Counted from the stretch's first letter, positions 8,515-16,932 are shown. The stretch: 44,419 nucleotides of DNA from Candidatus Limnocylindrales bacterium (GCA_039925225.1 JBDSZH010000169.1:1-44419), one strand, 5' to 3'. A program made the numbers and translations. Notes: generated by a model not told the origin, from the sequence alone.

Positions 8515-10047
8515 ATGAGCGTGGCTGACGAATCTGCCCGCCCGTTCCCGCCGGGCGACTATCCGATCGTCGTCGTCGGCTCTGGGCCGGGCGCCCTACA
8601 GACCGCCTACTTCCTGGACCGGCTCGGGATCGATCACGCCGTGATCTCGGGCGACGCTGGGCCCGGCGGCATGTTCCGGCGCTGGCCGTTCTTCCAGCGG
8701 CTGCTGTCGTGGACCAAGCCGTACGCGCCGGCGGAGCGAAGCTCGCGCGCCTTCGAGCGCTGGGACTGGAACAGCCTGATCGCGCTGGAGCCGGAGCTGC
8801 GCGGGATCGCAGCGGACTACATGGACGGCACCTCCGACTTCCCATCGCGGCCGGAGATGGAGCAGAACCTGACGGCGTTCGCAGAACGCGCAGGCGTCGC
8901 GGTGCGGTTCAACTGCCGCTGGGAATCGACGCGGCGTGAGGAATCCGCGGACGGCGACCGGTTCATTCTGAGTACGACGGATGGCGACTACCGCTGCCGC
9001 TACGCGATCTTCGCGGTTGGCGTGGCGGAGCCGTACAGCCCGTCCACGCCGGGCATCGACCTGTCGGTCCATTACGCCGACACGCGTGACGCCGAGACGT
9101 ATGCCGGCAAGCGCCTGTTCATCCTGGGCAAGCAGAACTCGGGGTTCGAGCTCGCGTCCGGCCTGCTCCAGTGGGCCAGCCGAATCTCGCTCTCGTCGCC
9201 CTCTCCGGCGAAGACGTCGATCGAGACGCGTTCGCTGGTTGGTGTGCGGGCGCGCTACGTGCAACCGTTCGAGGATTCGGCGCTCGGGGGCGGGGTGGAC
9301 ATCCTATCGGCGAGCATCAAAGGCATCAGCAAGGCGCCTTCGGGTGCGCTTGTCGTCTCGCTGGAGCGGAGCGATAACGCGATGCCCATGAGCGTCGAGG
9401 CGGACGAGGTCATCGCCGCGACCGGCTTCACCTGCCCGCTTCTTGACCTGCCCGCGCTCGGCGTCGCGACGTTCGGCCAGTCCAAGCTGCCCGCCCAGAC
9501 CGAGTTCTGGGAGAGCGCGACGGTGCCCGGGATCTTCTTCGCCGGCACGATCACCCAGGGCTCTGCGGGACTTAAGAAGCACGGCATCCCGCCGAACTCG
9601 GGCGCGCTCCATGGCTACCGGTACAACGCTCGCGTCCTGGTCCGGGAGATCGCGCAGCGGCACTTCGGCATCGAACCGGTGCGGCCGTCGATCGAGAGTC
9701 GAGACGTCCGCGATCACCTCCTCGCCGAGGCGACGCTCGCCCCCGAGCTATGGCACCAGAAGGCGTTCCTCGCGAGCGTAGTCAGTTTCGACCCGGATGC
9801 GGGCATCCGCGACGAGGGCATCGTGCCGCTGACCGCATTCCTCGACGGCACTGGACCGGACGGGGTCGCGATGACGATCGAGGCGGACGGGACGTCCATC
9901 TTCCCGGTGGTCTACGTGCGCCAGGGCGGACGGCAGGAAGAGCACGCGCTCGAGGCGGACCCGCTCCACGACTACCAGAGCCTCGCCTACAAGCGGACGC
10001 TCGGCACGATCCTCGACCGGCTCACCGCGGGCGCCTCCGCCGCCTGA
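8515..10047 (+). CDS. FAD/NAD(P)-binding oxidoreductase (two dinucleotide-binding motifs) with an uncharacterised C-terminal region of about 130 aa
   Basis: IVVVGSGPGALQTA (GxGxxG) and LFILGKQNSGFELA (second Rossmann motif). ATGF motif near residue 300. No finer family could be assigned by eye. Confidence 0.78.
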   Translation: MSVADESARPFPPGDYPIVVVGSGPGALQTAYFLDRLGIDHAVISGDAGPGGMFRRWPFFQRLLSWTKPYAPAERSSRAFERWDWNSLIALEPELRGIAADYMDGTSDFPSRPEMEQNLTAFAERAGVAVRFNCRWESTRREESADGDRFILSTTDGDYRCRYAIFAVGVAEPYSPSTPGIDLSVHYADTRDAETYAGKRLFILGKQNSGFELASGLLQWASRISLSSPSPAKTSIETRSLVGVRARYVQPFEDSALGGGVDILSASIKGISKAPSGALVVSLERSDNAMPMSVEADEVIAATGFTCPLLDLPALGVATFGQSKLPAQTEFWESATVPGIFFAGTITQGSAGLKKHGIPPNSGALHGYRYNARVLVREIAQRHFGIEPVRPSIESRDVRDHLLAEATLAPELWHQKAFLASVVSFDPDAGIRDEGIVPLTAFLDGTGPDGVAMTIEADGTSIFPVVYVRQGGRQEEHALEADPLHDYQSLAYKRTLGTILDRLTAGASAA

Positions 10048-10088
10048 AGTCCCGTGCACCGCCGAACGCCTCTTGCCAGGCGGTTGCC

Positions 10089-10844
10089 CTAGTCGTCGTC
10101 CTCGGTCGTGTAGGCGAGCTCGTCGAACTCGTCGTCGCCCTCGTCGGTCTCATCGTCCACTTCCTCATCCGGCGGGTTCAGGAAGCGATAGATGCCCCAG
10201 CCAAGGATGGAACCCACGAACGGCCCGGTGAGATACACCCACAGGGATGTGTAGGTCCCCGATAGCGCCGCCGGGGCGAGCGAGCGGGCCGGGTTCACCG
10301 ATGCCCCGCTGACGTAGATGCCGACGAAGTGGATTGCCACCAGCGTGAGGGGGATCACGATGATCGCCTGGCCTGGAGCCTTCCGCGTCACGGTCAGGAT
10401 CACCGCAATGAACAGGGCCGTGAGGACTGCCTCGACCGCGAATGCGTGCAGCTCCACGTCGAACTGCGCTTCCGCCGTAGGCCCGGGCTGGTTCACGGTG
10501 GCCGCGACGATCGAGATCGAGGTGATCACCAGGGTCGCGAGCGACGCCGCAAACGCCCCGATCAGCTGCGCCACCGCGTAGCCCAGCGCGTTCTTCCAGT
10601 CCATCCGGCCGTCGAGGAGCACGGCCAGGGTGACCGCCGGGTTGAAGTGACCGCCGGACGCGGGTCCCGCGATCGCGATCGCCGCCATGAGCCCGAGTCC
10701 GAACGCGAACGGCACGACGAGGAGCACGTAGATGGGGCCGCCCTGGCCCTGCGTGCTGATCACGTAGGTGGCGACGCCGAGCGAGCCGAAGAAGACCAGG
10801 GTGAACGTGCCGATGACCTCGGCGACCAGGGCACGGATGTTCAT
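10089..10844 (-). CDS. MIP-family channel (aquaporin/aquaglyceroporin) with a highly acidic C-terminal tail
   Basis: Two NPA boxes (GGHFNPAVT and SVNPARS), six hydrophobic segments, and tail DEEVDDETDEGDDEFDELAYTTEDDD. ATGA overlap with the upstream aldolase gene, and a GGAGGG RBS. Confidence 0.9.
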   Translation of the reverse strand: MNIRALVAEVIGTFTLVFFGSLGVATYVISTQGQGGPIYVLLVVPFAFGLGLMAAIAIAGPASGGHFNPAVTLAVLLDGRMDWKNALGYAVAQLIGAFAASLATLVITSISIVAATVNQPGPTAEAQFDVELHAFAVEAVLTALFIAVILTVTRKAPGQAIIVIPLTLVAIHFVGIYVSGASVNPARSLAPAALSGTYTSLWVYLTGPFVGSILGWGIYRFLNPPDEEVDDETDEGDDEFDELAYTTEDDD

Positions 10845-11557
10845 CGATCCCTCCTCACAGTCCTCGGCGGGGCTGGCCTCGGCGGGCTGAGGATAGCCCG
10901 CGCGCCTGCTCCGGTGACGGCCCCTCGGATCAGCAACGCGTCACGCCACGTGCGGCAGAGCACCTCGACGAGCTCGAGCCGATCCACCGCCTGATCGAGC
11001 GTCGCGCCAACCGCCACCGCGCCGTGGCGCTCCAGGAGCACCGCGCCGGCGAGCGGCTCTGGTCCGGCAGCAAACGACGTGGCCACAGCGCCCGCGAGCT
11101 CCACGCTGCCGGGCGTCGCGAAGGGGATGAACGGAAGGCGGGGGAGCAGCAACGCCGTCTCCGGGAGGGCGGCCGGATCCGGAACCTCGCCGGCGAGCGT
11201 GAGGGCCATTGCCGCGGGCAGGTGGGCGTGGACGATCGCGACGACGTCGGCGCGCGCCTGGTAGACGGCGCGATGGATGGCCACGTCTGAGCTCGGCCTG
11301 GGTCCCGTCGCGGCGTCCGCGTCCGCGTCCGCGCCCGCACCCGCGCGGATCGGCACGATCACGAGGTCGCCGGCGGCCAGCTCATCCTTCCGGCGCCCGG
11401 ACGGCGTGATGAGGATCGTGCCATCACCGAGGCGGATGCTGACGTTCCCCTCACCGGCGGAGATCAGGCCGCGCGCGCCAAGCCGTCGGCCGGCCGCGAT
11501 GAGCTGCTCGCGCAGGCGCGCGAGGTCAGCGGATTGGGCAGGGGAGCGTGGCGGCAT
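10841..11557 (-). CDS. Class II aldolase/adducin-family protein
   Basis: GEGNVSIRL, ILITPSG and HRAVYQARADVVAIVHAHLP (His-rich metal site) are typical of the fuculose-phosphate aldolase/MtnB-like fold. Contains a low-complexity GAGADADADAA insert. Confidence 0.8.
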   Translation of the reverse strand: MPPRSPAQSADLARLREQLIAAGRRLGARGLISAGEGNVSIRLGDGTILITPSGRRKDELAAGDLVIVPIRAGAGADADADAATGPRPSSDVAIHRAVYQARADVVAIVHAHLPAAMALTLAGEVPDPAALPETALLLPRLPFIPFATPGSVELAGAVATSFAAGPEPLAGAVLLERHGAVAVGATLDQAVDRLELVEVLCRTWRDALLIRGAVTGAGARAILSPPRPAPPRTVRRDR

Positions 11558-11584
11558 CGCCCGCCATCCTATCGAGCGCGCTGC

Positions 11585-12091
11585 CTACTCGGGGAACTCG
11601 TCGGGGTGGGAGGCGTACGCCCACATCGATTCCGGCTGGATGCGGAAGAACACCACGCCATCGCCCCAGCTGTACGGATCCGACTCGTAGGTCTCGCCCC
11701 AGATGCGATGGATCTCGTCGTGGTCCGGGTGCTCCCGCGGGATCCACTCGACCCTCCCGTTCGCAACGACCGCGATCCGATCGCCATCCACATGTACGGC
11801 GCTGCACGCTGGATTCGCGCGCAGATGCTCGAGCTTGGTCGCGCCGCCGCCCGTGCTGAGGGTGAACCGTCCGTGGATGAAGAGCATGTCCAGCGGTGAG
11901 ACGCGGGGCTCGCCCTTGGACGTCACCGTCGCGAACGCGACGTGCTTCGTCCCGGTCAGGTAGGCGGCGACCTGGCGTGCCGTGGGCCGGCGGTCCGGCG
12001 AAACGATCCCGGTCATGTGCGGATTCGCGCTCGCGAGGTGAGCGTCGAACATTGCCTGAATTTCGGCAAACTCGGCCTCGGTCTCGAGCAT
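11585..12091 (-). CDS. Pyridoxamine 5'-phosphate oxidase (PPOX)-family split-barrel flavoprotein
   Basis: Size and beta-rich pattern (HVAFATVTSKGEPRVSPLDMLFIHGRFTLST...ACSAVHVDGD) fit the PPOX/F420-type split barrel. AAGGAGG lies 9 nt upstream of the ATG. Confidence 0.7.
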   Translation of the reverse strand: MLETEAEFAEIQAMFDAHLASANPHMTGIVSPDRRPTARQVAAYLTGTKHVAFATVTSKGEPRVSPLDMLFIHGRFTLSTGGGATKLEHLRANPACSAVHVDGDRIAVVANGRVEWIPREHPDHDEIHRIWGETYESDPYSWGDGVVFFRIQPESMWAYASHPDEFPE

Positions 12092-12155
12092 GTCCGCCAG
12101 CCTCCTTGACCCATGGTACCGGTAGGCCGGGATCGGCCGGCAGGTCCGACCGGAG

Positions 12156-12293
12156 TCAGGCGGCGAGGGGCAGCGCGTCTGGTGCGGAAGGCTCCAGCTC
12201 CAGGACCACTCCGCAAGTCTCGCAGCCGACGATGTCGGCCAGCTCGTCCAGGTACGTCGCGGTTGCGCAGCACGGAAGCTCGATCTCGATCAT
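12156..12293 (-). CDS. Small 45-aa four-cysteine protein (possible zinc-ribbon-like), hypothetical
   Basis: MIEIELPCCATATYLDELADIVGCETCGVVLELEPSAPDALPLAA. Nearly every codon ends in G/C (genome-typical coding signature), with a CC...CxxC arrangement. No clear SD. The listed 80-aa ORF N-terminus looks spurious. Confidence 0.4.
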   Translation of the reverse strand: MIEIELPCCATATYLDELADIVGCETCGVVLELEPSAPDALPLAA

Positions 12294-12366
12294 GACCCGA
12301 AAGTTGCACTGACGGTGTGCCACCTTGTCTGTCACGATGCGGCGCATGCCCCGCGTTTCTCTCGAC

Positions 12367-13302
12367 ATGCCCGCGATCGAGGTCACCGATCTCCGCAAGC
12401 GCTACGGCCAGGTTGACGCCCTAGCCGGGCTCACGATGACCGTGGGCCGGGGCGAGGTTTTCGGCTTCCTCGGGCCCAACGGCGCGGGCAAGACGACCAC
12501 CGTCAAGCTTCTGCTCGGCCTCGCCCGCCCGACATCGGGGACCGGCAAGGTGCTCGGCGCGCCGATGGGCGACCTCGCGACGCGGCGCAAGATCGGCTAC
12601 CTGCCGGAGCTGTTCCGCTATCAGCAGTGGCTGAAGGCGCGCGAGGTCCTGACGCTGCACGGCGAGCTGATCGGGCTCCCGCGCGCACGCCGCGGTCCCG
12701 CCGCCGACGAGGCGCTCCAGATCGTCGGGCTTGCGGATCGAGCGGGCGACGTCGTCGGCAAGTTCAGCAAGGGCATGCAACAGCGCCTCGGCCTCGGTGC
12801 CGCGCTCCTCGGCGAGCCGGCCCTGATCATCCTCGACGAGCCGACCTCGGCCCTCGATCCCGTGGGGCGCGTCGATGTCCGGGGCATCGTCCGCGCGGCG
12901 GCCGACCGGGGCGCCGCGGTGTTCCTGAACAGCCACCTGCTCAGCGAGGTCGAGCAGGTCTGCGACCGGGTCGCGATCATCGACCATGGTCGAGTGGTGG
13001 CAAGCGGCGAGCTCGACGACGTGCTCGGCCTGGCCGAGACCAAAGTGCGCGTCGATGGGATCAGCCCGAGTGACCTGCCCGCGTTCGAGCGCTTCGGGAC
13101 ACCGACGATCGAGGGCGACACGCTGGCGATCCGACCGATGACCGCCGCCCAGGTGCCGGACCTCGTGGCGATCCTCGTGGGCATGGGCGCCAAGGTGTAC
13201 GAGGTCCGGGCTGGTCGAAGCTCGCTCGAGCATCGCTTCCTCGACCTCGTCGCCCGCGACCGGCCGCCGGCCGGAACCCCCAGCGCGCAGCGGCTCCGAT
13301 GA
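12367..13302 (+). CDS. ABC transporter ATP-binding protein (ABC-2 exporter type)
   Basis: Walker A GPNGAGKTT, signature FSKGMQQRL, Walker B LIILDEPTSALD. Start set at ATG 12367 (MPAIEVTDLRKRYG); upstream alternatives are at 12325 and 12346. Confidence 0.9.
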   Translation: MPAIEVTDLRKRYGQVDALAGLTMTVGRGEVFGFLGPNGAGKTTTVKLLLGLARPTSGTGKVLGAPMGDLATRRKIGYLPELFRYQQWLKAREVLTLHGELIGLPRARRGPAADEALQIVGLADRAGDVVGKFSKGMQQRLGLGAALLGEPALIILDEPTSALDPVGRVDVRGIVRAAADRGAAVFLNSHLLSEVEQVCDRVAIIDHGRVVASGELDDVLGLAETKVRVDGISPSDLPAFERFGTPTIEGDTLAIRPMTAAQVPDLVAILVGMGAKVYEVRAGRSSLEHRFLDLVARDRPPAGTPSAQRLR

Positions 13303-14144
13303 TCGCGATCGCGAAGCTCACGATCGGCGAGGCGGCCCGAAGGCGCGTCCTGTGGGTCCTCGTGATTCTCGCGGCCCTGGCGGTCGGACTCACCGCGTGG
13401 GGCGTGTCGGCGCTGGTCGAGAGCGCACGCGACGGCGGAGTCAGCGACCTCGACATCAAGTTCGCCGTCTCCCAGATCCTGATCTTCATCGCGTTCATGT
13501 TCGGCTTCGTCCTGGTGATGACGGCCGCGTTCTTCGGTTCGCCGGCGATCGCCACCGATCTCGAATCGGGCGTCGCGCAGGCGATGCTCGCCCGGCCGCT
13601 CCGCCGCTCGTCGTACCTGATGGGGCGCTGGCTGGGCCTCGCGATCGTGATGGTCGTGTATGCCGCGCTCGCCGGCTTCATGGCAATCGGCGCGGTAGGG
13701 CTGGTCTCCGGCTACTACCCGCCCGACCCGATCCTGCCCATTGCGTACCTCGGCGGCCAGGCGCTGATCCTGTTGTCGCTCACCGTGCTCCTGTCGACCC
13801 GACTGCCGCCGATTGCCGGCGGCGCGATCGCGGTCGTCGCCTACGGGCTGGCCTGGATGGCCGGCGTGCTCGGCAAGATCGGGCTCGCGATCGGCACGAC
13901 AAGCCTGATAACGGTCAGCGACGCGGTCCGCTACCTGCTGCCGACGGACGCGCTGTGGCAGGGCGTGGTGTATGGCCTCGAGCCGTCGTTCGTGATCAAC
14001 GCGATGGGCCAGGAGGTTGTCGTGCGCTCGTCGCCGTTCTTTGCAGCTTCTCCACCGTCGGTCGCCATCGTCGCCTGGGCGGGGATCTGGACGGTCCTCG
14101 TCCTCGTCCTCGCGGTCAGTCAGCTGCGGCGGCGCGAGCTGTAG
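13299..14144 (+). CDS. ABC-2 type transporter permease
   Basis: ATGA overlap with the ATPase gene. Six predicted hydrophobic helices. No further family call. Confidence 0.75.
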   Translation: MIAIAKLTIGEAARRRVLWVLVILAALAVGLTAWGVSALVESARDGGVSDLDIKFAVSQILIFIAFMFGFVLVMTAAFFGSPAIATDLESGVAQAMLARPLRRSSYLMGRWLGLAIVMVVYAALAGFMAIGAVGLVSGYYPPDPILPIAYLGGQALILLSLTVLLSTRLPPIAGGAIAVVAYGLAWMAGVLGKIGLAIGTTSLITVSDAVRYLLPTDALWQGVVYGLEPSFVINAMGQEVVVRSSPFFAASPPSVAIVAWAGIWTVLVLVLAVSQLRRREL

Positions 14145-14145
14145 C

Positions 14146-14703
14146 GTGACTGGCGACTTGGCGGGTGACCCGCCGGCGACGGTTCAGCGGCACGTGTACC
14201 TGGGTCACGGCGCGAGTGGCGACGCCGCGAGCATGGCGCCGTTCGTCGATGGCCTGCGAAAGCGCGGCCTGACCGCGGACTCGGTGAACCTGCCGGTGCG
14301 CAAGGCGGAGGACGCGGTTGCGGTCTGGCGCGCGTCCGTGCCGGACGGGCCGGGGACCGTGGTCGGCGGGCAGTCCTATGGCGGCCGGGTATCGACGCTT
14401 GCCGCAGCGCAGGGGGCCGGGTACGCCGGCATCGTCCTGTTCTGCTTCCCGCTCCACCCGCCCGGCCGGCCCGAGAACGCCGAGGCGCGATCCGCGCATT
14501 TCCCGTCGATCGACTGCCCGGTCCTGCTGCTCTCCGGCGAGGCGGATCCGTTCGCTCAACTGGACCTGTTGCGCCGCGCCGTTGCGACCCTGCCACACGG
14601 GACGCTCGTGACCTATCCCCGCGTGGGCCACACGATGAAGCCGGTGCTCAGCGACGCCCTCGATCGGGTTGCCGCGTTCGTGGCGGGTCTTCCGGGGAGG
14701 TAG
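14146..14703 (+). CDS. Small alpha/beta-fold hydrolase (dienelactone hydrolase / KANL3-Tex30-like)
   Basis: HGASGD, nucleophile elbow GGQSYGG, DPF and GH near the C-terminus. GTG start 1 nt after the permease stop. The listed ORF start at 14017 overlaps the permease. Confidence 0.7.
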   Translation: MTGDLAGDPPATVQRHVYLGHGASGDAASMAPFVDGLRKRGLTADSVNLPVRKAEDAVAVWRASVPDGPGTVVGGQSYGGRVSTLAAAQGAGYAGIVLFCFPLHPPGRPENAEARSAHFPSIDCPVLLLSGEADPFAQLDLLRRAVATLPHGTLVTYPRVGHTMKPVLSDALDRVAAFVAGLPGR

Positions 14704-14705
14704 CG

Positions 14706-16046
14706 CTACTCGACCGAGAGCACCTTGTAGCCGACCGAGCCCCGCGGCGTTCGCACCTGGACCTCCGCGCCGGCCACTGCGCCCAGGAGTGCGGCGCCTA
14801 CCGGAGAGGCCATGCTGAGGCGCCCCGCGGCGGGATCCGCCTCGGCGCTGCCGACGATCGTGTAGCGCACCTCGTCGCCGCCGATCTCGACGGTCACCGT
14901 GGAGCCGACGACGACCTTGCCGGTAACGACTTCGTTGATGACGACCGCGCGCCGCAGCCGGTCCTCGAGCGCCATCACCCGACCCTCGAGGAACGACTGC
15001 TCTTCGCGCGCGGCGTGGTACTCCGCGTTCTCCTTGAGATCGCCATGTTCGCGCGCGGACTTGATGCGCGCGACGACTTCGCGGCGCTTGACGCGCGTCA
15101 GATCGTCCAGTTCCGCGGTCATCCGGTCCACCGCGCCCTGCGACATCTGCATCGGCTCCGGAGCGATGCCGGTCGGCCCCTTGCGGCGGGGGCCGCTCGC
15201 CGATCGGGCCACGGTCGGGGCCCGGTGCGGAGCCGGATGGAGCGATGCGGTTCGCGCCCGCGCGGGCGGGCCAAGCACGGGCGCGCGCCGCGTCGTGCCG
15301 CTGCCTCGTTCATCGACGCGCGCGCCTTCTGCGTCGCCGGGAGCCACGTTCACGACGTGCTGCTCCGGTTCAGGGGCTTGGGGCGGCGCGGGCTGGATGA
15401 CGCCCGTGAGCCCATGGACCTGGCGCTCGCCGGTCGGGCGGCGCGTGTTTGCCCAGGGCAGCGTGAGCGCTCCGGCTGGACGGCTCGCGGGCGCCGTCTG
15501 TGCGGCCCCGAAGGCATCCAGGAACGCGTCGAGGGATTCCTCGGGCGCGGAGGTCTCCGCCCACCAGATCCGGATGCCCAGGCGCTCGATCCCGCGGAGC
15601 AGGTGCAGCCACTGACCCTCAGCGTGCGGCTGGCGATCGCCCGGCACGTGCGCGAGCAGCGCCGCGATGCGCCCGCCCACGGAGCGGTCAGTCGCGCCGG
15701 CGTAGAGCACGGTCGCCTCCGGCCACCAGAACGAGGCGAGCCGCGCCTGGACGGACTTCGAGTTCGGCTGCTCGCCGTCCATCCGCATGCCGGGCAGGCC
15801 CTCGAGCCACTTGCCCACTCGGGTCATCTCGATCGGCGCGGTCGGCAGCGGGGCACCCAGCTCGATGACGTACAGGCCCGCCTTGCGCGCCGGGACCGGC
15901 AGTCCCCAACGGACCGGGCCGTCGGCGAGGAGGCCGATCGACCGAATCAGGTCGGCCGCGCCGAGTTGGGCTGCAGTCACCGAGGGACGGTACCACCGGC
16001 CCCCGATGTCGGTACCGGCGGGTGGCTCGACATCCGACGCGGGCAA
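14706..16046 (-). CDS. greA: GreA-type transcript cleavage factor (C-terminal 148 aa) in frame with a 298-aa N-terminal extension (globular domain plus Pro/Ala/Arg-rich linker)
   Basis: The C-terminal part holds the complete GreA: coiled coil with GDLKENAEYHAAREEQ, and C-terminal domain SPVGAALLGAVAGAEV...YKVLSVE. There is no in-frame stop from TTG 16046. The N-terminal roughly 200 aa have high GC3 and a balanced composition. An internal GGAG plus ATG sits at 15152/15146. Confidence 0.8.
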   Translation of the reverse strand: MPASDVEPPAGTDIGGRWYRPSVTAAQLGAADLIRSIGLLADGPVRWGLPVPARKAGLYVIELGAPLPTAPIEMTRVGKWLEGLPGMRMDGEQPNSKSVQARLASFWWPEATVLYAGATDRSVGGRIAALLAHVPGDRQPHAEGQWLHLLRGIERLGIRIWWAETSAPEESLDAFLDAFGAAQTAPASRPAGALTLPWANTRRPTGERQVHGLTGVIQPAPPQAPEPEQHVVNVAPGDAEGARVDERGSGTTRRAPVLGPPARARTASLHPAPHRAPTVARSASGPRRKGPTGIAPEPMQMSQGAVDRMTAELDDLTRVKRREVVARIKSAREHGDLKENAEYHAAREEQSFLEGRVMALEDRLRRAVVINEVVTGKVVVGSTVTVEIGGDEVRYTIVGSAEADPAAGRLSMASPVGAALLGAVAGAEVQVRTPRGSVGYKVLSVE

Positions 16047-16054
16047 ACGATGCT

Positions 16055-16591
16055 GTGCGAACGCTTCGGGGGAATGCGTTGGTCGAGCTGGAGATCTTCA
16101 CGCAGACCGGGGTCCTGGCAGGCACAACTGCCAAAGTGCCCTTGACCAACGACGGCCCCAACCTCGTCGAGCCGCTCGCCATCGACGAGGCTCGCTGGTA
16201 CCCCATCGATGGGAGCCAGCCCTCGCACCGCGGTGAGGCCAGCGTCGGTCCGGACGACATCCTCCTGATCGTCACGCCGGAGCCCGAGCTCAGGGTCCAC
16301 ATGGCCTGGTACTCCATCGCGCTCGAGGTCGGGCCGTATCGGGTGTCCGGCCGCCTGGCGACGCACCCCGGCTTCGATCCCGCACGGGCCCTCGCGCGCC
16401 CCGGCAGCACGTTCATCGCCATCAGCGACGTTACGGTGGAGCTGGTCGGCCGCGACGACGCGGGTGTCGCCCCACGGCCGTACCTGCACGTGAACCGCTA
16501 CGCCGTCGACAAGGTGACCTCCAGCCTGATGCTCGGCCATTTCTTCCCTGGCGCCCGCCTCGTCGCCCAAGAGTCCCTCACGGTCGCGTAG
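16055..16591 (+). CDS. Hypothetical protein (beta-rich, no recognised family)
   Basis: High GC3, balanced composition (LVELEIFTQTGVLAGTTAKVPL...YRVSGRLATHPGFDP...HVNRYAVDKV). Start uncertain: ATG 16022 would overlap the divergent greA-fusion start, so GTG 16055 was chosen. Confidence 0.5.
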   Translation: MRTLRGNALVELEIFTQTGVLAGTTAKVPLTNDGPNLVEPLAIDEARWYPIDGSQPSHRGEASVGPDDILLIVTPEPELRVHMAWYSIALEVGPYRVSGRLATHPGFDPARALARPGSTFIAISDVTVELVGRDDAGVAPRPYLHVNRYAVDKVTSSLMLGHFFPGARLVAQESLTVA

Positions 16592-16597
16592 TTGCTC

Positions 16598-16651
16598 GTC
16601 GGCCACCTGGGCTCGGTCGGCCACCTGGGCTCCGTCGGCCACCTGGGCTCG
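16598..16651. repeat. 18-bp perfect-period tandem repeat x3 immediately after a stop codon
   Basis: GTCGGCCACCTGGGCTC(G/C) at 16598, 16616 and 16634. Confidence 0.9.
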
Positions 16652-16679
16652 CTCCAATGTTCGTGGCCGGATACCAACG

Positions 16680-16738
16680 CAACGAGGTCGGGACTGCCGG
16701 GGTGCCCCAAAGTCCTCAGCGAGGCTGGGACCTCGTTG
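16680..16738 (+). terminator. Long compound hairpin followed by a T-rich tract (possible terminator or structured RNA)
   Basis: CAACGAGGTC (16680-16689) pairs with GACCTCGTTG (16729-16738). Inner helices are GGACT/AGTCC and GGGG-tg-CCCC. Followed by tttgtgtt. Confidence 0.3.
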
Positions 16739-16932
16739 TTTGTGTTCGCCCGCGTGACCAAACCGACGTGCAATCGATGTCCAGTCGTCAGGTTCGAGCG
16801 CTTGGGGGCGTTACCTGGTCGCCTTGGTAGCTGGCTGGTTACATCGGGCGCTACGGGTACGGGAGCGGCCTCCCGTCCCGTGGCACGGCATCCCAAGCAA
16901 CGGCATGTACCTTCCAATAGAGAAACAGAGTA

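Noticed and set aside
14706-15152. Treating greA as a normal 148-aa gene and the upstream 298 codons as a spurious ORF extension.
   Set aside because: The first roughly 200 upstream codons have strong GC3 bias and a globular, Trp/Tyr/Lys-containing composition, and there is no in-frame stop. The extension is therefore kept as part of the call, and the short isoform is noted as an alternative.
16791-16799. GGTTCGAGC resembling a tRNA T-loop.
   Set aside because: The flanking bases do not form a T-stem, and no acceptor, D or anticodon arms could be built on either strand.
16657-16830. 57-codon ORF in the low-GC spacer.
   Set aside because: Many A/T-ending codons contrast with the genome's strong GC3 bias. 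It has no RBS and overlaps the compound hairpin.
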